In this document: positions 55,903 to 64,000 of the stretch, one piece after another | Layout: each line of letters opens with the position of its first letter | Numbering within the stretch: the first letter of the stretch is position 1 | From: Flectonema sp. DT1601 | Taxonomy: Eukaryota | Assembly: GCA_964019425.1 (NCBI GenBank) | Contig: OZ025787.1 | Span: 248,001-312,000 of the forward strand | Direction of reading: 5' to 3' | Length of the DNA: 64,000 nt | Translations under genes and position numbers: made by a program | The notes under the pieces: model-generated | Database searches by the model: none | Told to the model about the DNA's origin: nothing | Seen by the model: only the letters and a program-made list of their open reading frames with translations

Positions 55903-55996
55903 AGTTTAGTTAGTTTAGTTAGCAAAATACAAACTGATGACTACGAGGGGTCTGGGTAGCCCGCATCAGTAAGGACCCAATCGCGAAGATTGTAGT
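55903..55996 (-). mobile_element. Second identical copy of the 94-bp mini-retroposon, co-duplicated with the flanking repeat
   Basis: ACGTT at 55898-55902 and 55997-56001. Confidence 0.85.
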
Positions 55997-56457
55997 ACGT
56001 TGTCGAATCTGGTAATTCGGGGACACGTACTATTTGGTTGAGCGTCCCATGCTGAGGAGGGGGGGGACTTGGATAAATAAATCCAAATTTGGGAAATGAT
56101 CTGGGAGGGGAATGTGAAAAAAATAAAAATTCTTTTTTATTTCATATATGGCACCTTTCTTTATAATACGACCGTGTGTGCTATATGTCCCACGTAGATT
56201 AGTGACATGCCACGAAAGAAAACAGTCCACTTTAGTGAAAACATAATGTGCCATAAAGGTGTTGCCTTTTTTTTCTTTTTCTATTCTTCTTATTATTCTT
56301 TCAGGAAGGGTACAGGAATAAATTTAGTGAGGCTCGTGAAACAGTGCGTAACTGCATCACAATAAAAAGTATTCCTGAGGGGGAACGGGAAAGGGAAGGA
56401 GGGGAGTGCAATGGTTGTGAAGAGGAAAACACGTTTTCTTCCAGAGAGTCGGACACT

Positions 56458-57396
56458 CTACAGCTGTGTATGGAGCATAAAAATATCCTGCGGAGCATAA
56501 AACCTTTCTTCTTCTGGAGCACAAGACCCATATGGATTATGATTCCATGCTTCTTGCGGTGCATGCGGTGCATGATTCCATACTTCTTGTGGTGCATGCG
56601 GTGCATGATTCCATGCTTCTTGCGGTGCATGATTCCATACTTCTTGTGGTGCATGCGGTGCATGATTCCATGCTTCTTGCGGTGCATGATTCCATGCTTC
56701 TTGCGGTGCATGATCCCATGCTTCTTGCGGTGCATGATTCCATGCTTCTTGCGGTGCATGATTCCATGCTTCTTGCGGTGCATGATTCCATGCTTCTTGC
56801 GGTGCATGATTACATGCTTCTTGCGGTGCATGATTACATGCTTCTTGCGGTGCATGATTACATGCTTCTTGTTGAGCATGCGGTGCATGCGGTGCATGCG
56901 GTGCATGCGGTGCATGCGGTGCATGCGGTGCATGCGGTGCATGAAACCTGTTTGGTGTTGTCACGCTTCGGAATTTCGTCTTTTCACCTACTTGAATGCC
57001 AATATTTCTCGATTTGGAGTAGCGTATAAAATCCAAATAGTAACCATAAAGATCCTGAAGCTCTCCGGCGCAGTATTCTCTTGCGAATACCAAAAAGATA
57101 TGAAGGTTGTTGTTTTTCCCGTTTGAAAATCCGTGTTCCACAATCAAGTTACTGAACTCCAAACAGACTCTATCTATGAATTCAGCACCTTTTTCCGAAG
57201 GTACTCGTACATTTACGTAGTTGGAACATCTTTCCTTGCGTGATACTGCTTTGCCTTCTGACGAATTTTGCAATATCACAAAAAGTGTAGGTAAATACAT
57301 TTGCATGTATATTTCAATTACAATTTCGTTGTTTGGCATTTGAAACGTACTCCTTGTTACTTTCTTCTCGTACAGGTTGGATCCGCTGCTGGTCAT
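56458..57396 (-). CDS. Element accessory ORF-X (312 aa), different repeat count
   Basis: N-terminal ~150 aa identical to 49615-50511; the repeat array differs. Confidence 0.75.
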   Translation of the reverse strand: MTSSGSNLYEKKVTRSTFQMPNNEIVIEIYMQMYLPTLFVILQNSSEGKAVSRKERCSNYVNVRVPSEKGAEFIDRVCLEFSNLIVEHGFSNGKNNNLHIFLVFAREYCAGELQDLYGYYLDFIRYSKSRNIGIQVGEKTKFRSVTTPNRFHAPHAPHAPHAPHAPHAPHAPHAQQEACNHAPQEACNHAPQEACNHAPQEAWNHAPQEAWNHAPQEAWNHAPQEAWDHAPQEAWNHAPQEAWNHAPHAPQEVWNHAPQEAWNHAPHAPQEVWNHAPHAPQEAWNHNPYGSCAPEEERFYAPQDIFMLHTQL

Positions 57397-57728
57397 ATTG
57401 TTGTTCTTAATTAAGATAAACTGTCAAAGAAAATATTAAACTCCCTTTTCAGAAATCAGAACACAACTGATAACTTGGATACGAAACTGCCATTATTTTA
57501 TCAAGTCTGCTTTATCTTTGTTGTGAAATAAAAGGAACAGGTAACTGGGTAATTATACAAATAATAGACATATCACTCGTTCCAAATTATTCTTTTCTTT
57601 TTTTATTTTTCTTTTTGGATTTCTACGTACGTAGAAGTCCACTTTTAGTGAAAACACAATGTGCACAAAAAAGACAAACGCGTTGTCTTTTTTCATTTTT
57701 CTTCTTGTTCTTTTAGATTCTTCGAGAA

Positions 57729-57915
57729 CTCTACGTGCGTAGAAGTCTCGAAGAATCTAAATTGCTTTTATAGACAGAGATACGAATACTGCAGACAGAA
57801 GCAATTATAACCTCTACGTGCGTAGAAGTCTCGAAGAATCTAAATTGCTTTTATAGACAGAGATACGAATACTGCAGACAGAAGCAATTATAACCTCTAC
57901 GTGCGTAGAAGTCTG
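57729..57915. repeat. 83-bp tandem repeat (about 2.2 copies; one unit fewer in the 50.8-kb copy)
   Basis: ctctacgtgcgtagaagtct starts at 57729, 57812 and 57895. Confidence 0.9.
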
Positions 57916-58200
57916 AATTGTCGTTGCAGTGTTACGAATACTGCAAACAAAAGCAATTCTGAGAGGTGTTGTTGTTGTTGTTGTAGTTTTTTCTTTTTTT
58001 TTTTTTTTTTTTGCCTTTTCTTTTTGAAACATAAATCATCATTTCCGTGGCTAGAAAGGAAACGCTTAGCGTCAAAACGCGCTATCGAATATAAAGTGGG
58101 AGGAAGTAGATAAAGAACCAATACACGAGTGATTAATGCTCGGTATCAAAGACTACTAAATTAAGGTTTTTAGACAGCGTTCATACGTTCGAAACGTAAG

Positions 58201-58770
58201 CTAATAGTTGAATGATATTTCATAGAGACATTCGCTTACCGGATGCTCATATGGATCATGACACCACGTTTCTGGTGGAGCACAATACCTCACTTCTGGA
58301 GCATAATTCCACGCATGAAACTTGTTTGTTGTTGTCACGCTTCGGAATTTCGATTTTTCACCTACCTGAATGCCAATAAACCTCGATTTGAGGTTGCGTA
58401 CAAAACCCCAATAGTAACTATAAAGATCCTGAAGCTCTCCGGCGCAGTATTCTCTTGCGAATACCAAAAAGATATGCCCGTTGTCCTTTTTCCCGTTCGA
58501 AAATGCATGTTCCACAATTAAGTCACTGAACTCCAAACAGACAGAATCTATGAATTCAGCATGTCTTGCCGAAGGTACTCGTACGCTAACATAATTAGAC
58601 GATCTTTCCTTGCGGGATACTGCTTTGCCTTCTGACGAATTTTGCAATATCACAAAAAGTGTAGGTAAATACGTTTTCATGTATATTTCAATTACAATTT
58701 CGTTGCTTGGCATTTGAAACGTACTCCTTGTTACTTTCTTCTCGTACAGGTTGGATCCACTGCTGGTCAT
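58201..58770 (-). CDS. Diverged ORF-X paralogue without repeat expansion (189 aa)
   Basis: Clearly homologous N-terminal ~150 aa; tail WNYAPEVRYCAPPETWCHDPYE. Confidence 0.7.
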   Translation of the reverse strand: MTSSGSNLYEKKVTRSTFQMPSNEIVIEIYMKTYLPTLFVILQNSSEGKAVSRKERSSNYVSVRVPSARHAEFIDSVCLEFSDLIVEHAFSNGKKDNGHIFLVFAREYCAGELQDLYSYYWGFVRNLKSRFIGIQVGEKSKFRSVTTTNKFHAWNYAPEVRYCAPPETWCHDPYEHPVSECLYEISFNY

Positions 58771-59511
58771 ATTGTTGTTCTTAATTAAGATAAACTGTCA
58801 AAGAAAATATTAAACTCCCTTTTCAGAAATCAGAACACAACTGATAACTTGGATACGAAACTGCCATTCTTTTATCAAGTCTGCTTTATCTTTGTTGTGA
58901 TATCACTAAATAAAAGAAATAGGTAATTGGGTAATTATACAGAAATATTCAACAGATGCAGTAAACTAAACGAAACATCCTTCTTGCTGTTCTGCACAAC
59001 CACAGCAAGATGTTCACGCAAGTCAGACGGCAAAAGCAACGCCAGTCTATGTCAAAGAAACCGAATAAAATGATACAACAAAACAAAAACAAAAAGAGAG
59101 AGGAGGAAAAAAGAGGAAAAAAGAAAAGGCCAGAACAGAGGCTTCAATAAGACTTTCGAATGCCAACCGCAAGTCTTCTCTTTACTACAAAATTCAGTTT
59201 TATTTTATTTCTCTCTTTTTTTTTTTTTTAATTTGTTTTTATAAAACTACAAAGACAACAAACTACGAACTAATCGCAAGGAAAAGTTTTGTAACACACA
59301 GAGTATGCCTAGAGTATGCCTTGCAAAGAGAAGGTGACACATGTTGTGCAGGTTTATGATTTGAATATAGAGCAAAAACAACACAGCCTCCTATATTTAT
59401 TTTGATGACACATTCACAACACGTTTGCATCAGTCATGCTGTGAAGTTTGTAATGTGTTGTCAGAATGACAGATCATCGTCGAAGTAGTTTCCCAGACAT
59501 GTTTATATATA

Positions 59512-59547
<36 letters not shown>

Positions 59548-60115
59548 AAAACGAAAACGAAAAGTGAACAGAAGAAGCCTTTGGTGGATAGCACACATAC
59601 CCCCCTTGTCAGAGGACTGCTCCTATCGAATGAAAGGGGAAAAAAGCTACAAATTGGCCTTCCCATTGATTGTTAGCTTACTGCTGAATTATCAACGCAA
59701 ACAACTAACCTGTGTACGTTAGTTATGTAGACTATCTATAAATAGCTGCTGAAATTTGGAAAAAGAGAGAAGTAAACAACGACAAGAACATCAACAATGT
59801 TTTTTTTCTGTCGTCACAGATACACAGATAAAACACTTGTTTCAACTCGTCAAGGCTTTTTATTTGTTCTTCTTCTTTTTCCCTGAATTTTGAAGTCCGA
59901 AGGGGGTAATAGTTTTAACTACGTAGAAAAACAGTAATAAAAACCTTAAAATACCTACATATAAGTTATAAAGTTAAACCGATAAGTATGACAGAAAGAC
60001 TGAGCTTTATTTCAGAATAGTGGCCAAAAATGCAAAAAGATAAGGTAATACACTCGTAAATAACAAAAATAACGTCGGTACGGTAGTATCTAGAATATAG
60101 GAACAGCCAGGAGGA

Positions 60116-60290
60116 AAATACTTGACTGAAAAAAAATATTTGTAATTTTGTTAATCAACGATAAGGTACGTTTTAGAAAAAAGAACACATAAAAAAAAAA
60201 AAAGGTTTGCGGATTTTTTTTTTTTTTTTGTTTTTTTTCGTCTCATTGACCAGAAAAACGTCGTCGAATCTGGTAATTCGGGGGGACCAC
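60116..60290 (-). mobile_element. Degenerate solo fragment of the PLE repeat module
   Basis: tacttgactgaaaaa..tatttgta..gttaatcaa..gtcgaatctggtaattcgggggga matches about 49050-49180. Confidence 0.8.
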
Positions 60291-60946
60291 CGTCCGTTAC
60301 ATTACAACTTATTATTTGAACATATTTCTAATGATATAAATATGGGAATTGTAATTAAAGTTAAAACCAATTTAAGACATTAATTATCTAATTCGTGATA
60401 CAGTGACTACAAGTCGGGAGAGAGTGAAATACGCTCGCATAAGTTGTTCTCAGGCATTAAAAGGGAAGCGATTGCTAAAATGTTTTATTACTAAGTTACT
60501 GAAAGAACTAGTCTTTAAGACCGGAGTCTCAGTTAAGTCCCAGTTTTAAAAAAAAACTCCGTCTTTTTTTTTTCCATTTTTTATCACTTTATTGCATACG
60601 ATCATCGTATCAAAACGGATTGTGATAAAAAAATAATAATAAAATTTCCTATCCTTTTGTTTTCTTCTTTTTTGGCGTTGATTTTACGTTTGATTTTAGT
60701 GATTGGTTAACATCACGGTTGATGTTCCCCCTCTCCTATTTTTTTTTTTTTTTTTTTGCAATTGTTCAAAAAAAAACATCATTCCATATTCGCAACTTGA
60801 ATTTAAAATAAAAAGCTAGTTGGTTGCTTTATTATTTATTATTATTATTCTTTTCTTATAAAGGTTTCGGAAACCAATACAAATTTCTTTGGTGACTTTG
60901 ATATATAAAAAAACTCATCGCTCATATTTGAACCATAAGTCGGTTT

Positions 60947-60984
<38 letters not shown>

Positions 60985-63900
60985 AGTGCCTGTCACCCTC
61001 CATGGGACATGCGATTGTTGTTGCAAAAATAAATAAAGAATCAGTATCGCCCTTGGTTGGACTCATTAAATAACAGATTTTGATTGTTTGCCGCTTTCAC
61101 TACAGTCCCAAAGACTGTTTTTTTTCATTAATCAGCATTAAATTATGAGGAATACGTAATTCCTGTGATAGTATCTTTACACAGCAGCGAAATTCATTCG
61201 TTCTTTTTTTTTTTTTTTTTTTTTTTTTCCCCTTCCTGCGGAGCAAAAATAAAGAAAAGAGAGACTCGGAAAAAGAAAAAAAACGGGAAAAAAAAAAAAA
61301 AAAAAAAAGGAAGTTAGCTTAAATAAATAACGATTCAGGAAGCAGGCTCGGTCACATCACTAAGTTTCGTAGTTACGCGAACTACCGTTACATGCTACGA
61401 ATTGCAATGGAATTACCCATTGTAATTTCGTCTAATTCATAAACGTGCGTGTTGATTCCGCACAACGGAAAAGAATAAATCACTAGACACATCATTTCTG
61501 CAGAAACAAAGGAAATCCGGCCATACTTGTTTTTTTCGCAAACTTTTTTTTATTAAAATATTTTGCTCAGAAGAACGCTTCCCAGCCGTGGTGTCATTCA
61601 ACTGAAGGCAGAAGGAGCACAACAAATACAACAAAAATACATAATTGATGTTTTTGTTTGTGTTTACCATCCGACTTAGTTATCAGATTCTGATTTTGAA
61701 TTACCCATAAGTATCTTACGGAAAAAGAAAAAGAAAAAAAAAGAAGAAAAAAAATGCAAGGGGTCGATTCTTTTTGAAGCCAGCCTTAACAGGACAGGCA
61801 CAATTACCACTTTGAGTATATTTAATAAAAATAGGAAGAGTAAAGAACGGAAAGGAACGGCAAGTCGATTCCCGTCAAGCTTACGGTAGTTATTCTATTA
61901 CTTCGTTCGAAGCTGAAAGTTCAGGAACCGATGCATGAGGTAGAAACAAACTGCAAATTATATATTTCTTAAGCACTTGTTCCTTATAAAGGTAAACTAA
62001 CCACTAAACAAGCTGACGAAAACAAAGCGTGAACATAGTGCTGGTACCCACCTAGTGAAACAACAAAACAAAAAGAGACGAATAAAAGTAACTTAAAGGG
62101 AAAGATCAGCAACAAGAAAAGAAACTAAATGAAAAGGGGGTGAAAGTTAACATAGCATTACTGTATTTATTTATTTTATCGAAATCACTCCGAGACTCTC
62201 ACAGCGTAATGCTACCCTCGTATCCGTTCATTTTCTTTAATAGAGGACTGTCATCCAACAAGACTGACCCGAAGCAAACCCACCGAAAGAATATTCGAGT
62301 AATGAAGTCTGATATTTATTTAACCAAAAAAAGTAAGAAAATTTCATTTCCTTCCTGAAAGTTAAAAACACAAAACTAGTTGTTAGAATTGTTCTTTAAA
62401 TTCCTGCATACAATTATCTTGGTAGCAAAACAAATAGATCGACTTGGAGTTAAAGGATGGATCGATCGATTGGCTGATTTAACTCGTACACTTCACGTTA
62501 TGAACTAGTTTCCAGGGGGGAAACAAAAAAAAAAAAAAAAAAGCGGGGGGAAAAATTTCTTTTTTCGGAAAAGTTAGACAATAGGATTTTATTTTACTTT
62601 TTTTTTTTTTTTTTTTTTTTCCTTAGAAAAGTTAGATTTGATTTCGAAGGGAAAAAAATAAAAAAGAAGATCCAGCCAACTTGACTTATTTATATTTTTT
62701 TACCCACATTTTCATTTTTGCTTGTTGCGCAACCGTTACAATATCCTAATAATGGAATGGGTTAATTACGCTGCCACGATTCTCATTCTACCGAACAACA
62801 AGTTTTTTTTGTAAGTACAAAAGAAAAAAGTATAGAGAAGCAAACAAGCACTATTGGGCAAAATTAGTAGAATCATTTTAACCTCTAAGTTTTTGGTATG
62901 GGAAGGTAATCAGATTTTATTCAGTTCACCATTATTAAAGTATTTCAGAAAATACTAACAACACTGAATTTGGTAAGAGAAGAGGTTGGTAGGTAAGAAA
63001 AAAAAGGTCACTCGTGGCTCTACTGAAGGCCTCCGCAAGGCTCAAGCACACCTTTGTTATAGAATCGGATTTGCTTGTTTCTTTAAGTTTTTTTTTTTTT
63101 TTTCCTTTCCTTTGAAAAAGACTATTACATGACATAAGCTGGGAATATTTTCCAAAAAAAAAAAAAAAGCAAAAAAAAAAGTACACGTTGCACCAAAGCA
63201 ACCGTGTATTACAAGCAAGTGGGTAACGTGAATGATTTTTGAGAACTATTATTATTTTAACGGGTTTTGAAGACTTAGTTTGTTTGTTTTTTTTTTTTTT
63301 TTTTTTTCCTGCTGGTTCTTGTTGACAGCTTGAAAATAAAAAAATATTTAAAAAAAAAAAAAACAGATTATTACCGTAACTAGCAGCTGTCATTGCGCAA
63401 CAATTAACCTTAAAATGCTGGATGGTATGAGTAGTTTGAAAAAGGCTGCATTCATATAATGAAAGAGGGGAAAATCGTGAAGTCGAAGCACTGCACACCA
63501 CAGGGGATTCCCTCAAGCGATCTGAGGAAATAGTTTTCCCGCCAACAACTCATACCAAGACTTCCTACGTGACATTTTGGGGGAAATAACGAAGAAAGAA
63601 GAAAAAAAAAGTGAAACGAAAGAAACTAACTAAAAGTGAGCTGATCTGTAAAGCAAGAAATATGAGGGAGGACAGGACACCAGGTCCTATGAGAGGACTG
63701 AAAAAAAGGAGGGGCAAAGTGCGAGAGGCTTTCTCTTTCCCAAACAGGTGCTCTACTACGGACAGCTGTGGTTAACCCAGCCTTCCTTCAAGAGCATGCA
63801 AGCGACAGTAATAAACATAATCAGACTAGAACTAGTTAGTAGACGCGAAAACGTAATCCGGTCACAGTAACCAGCTGCAGCTTAGATAAAAAACAGGGAA

Positions 63901-64000
63901 AACAAAACAAACAAAAAAAAAAAAAAAAAAAGTGCGCAAGTTTTTTTTTATGGTGTAAGGATGAATGATTAAACTTGTATCAATGTTAATAAACAAAAAC

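Larger units (their letters stand above)
47655..58945 (-). mobile_element. Penelope-like retroelement complex: central RT-OTU-Zn-finger region flanked by long direct repeats built from tandem modules and an accessory ORF
   Basis: PLE-type RT motifs; ~48.0-51.0 kb is duplicated at ~55.2-57.96 kb (offset about 6.9 kb at the accessory ORF); a ~720-bp module recurs at least four times. Confidence 0.85.

Overview
AT-rich eukaryotic (protist) DNA. All ~19 host genes from 1 to 47.6 kb lie on the minus strand, with few short GT-AG introns and long A/T-homopolymer intergenic tracts. This resembles euglenozoan (e.g. diplonemid-type) directional gene clusters, but the taxon is an inference. Host genes include a kinesin, a receptor-like kinase with PT repeats, a CAP-G-like HEAT protein, cathepsin Z, a TMF1-like golgin, a His/Gln-rich membrane protein, an EF-hand coiled-coil protein, a KH-like protein, eIF3i, a Ser/Thr kinase, EB1 and a LisH-RasGEF. 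The main interest is a ~11-kb Penelope-like retroelement (PLE) complex at 47.65-58.95 kb. Its decayed polyprotein joins a PLE-type reverse transcriptase to an OTU-like protease and Cys-rich fingers, with no recognisable GIY-YIG endonuclease. It also carries a repeat-expanding accessory ORF and tandem pLTR-like modules. Three RNA-level signals occur there: (1) a hammerhead ribozyme core with strands in a non-circularly-permuted order, inside a 273-bp insert with an 11-bp target-site duplication (TSD); (2) an unassigned pseudoknot motif whose two helices covary across copies; (3) a 94-bp structured mini-retroposon with a 5-bp TSD. Older relics of these families lie at ~5.1-6.1, ~37.1 and ~60.1-60.4 kb. 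All calls come from reading the sequence by eye; no searches or folding programs were run.
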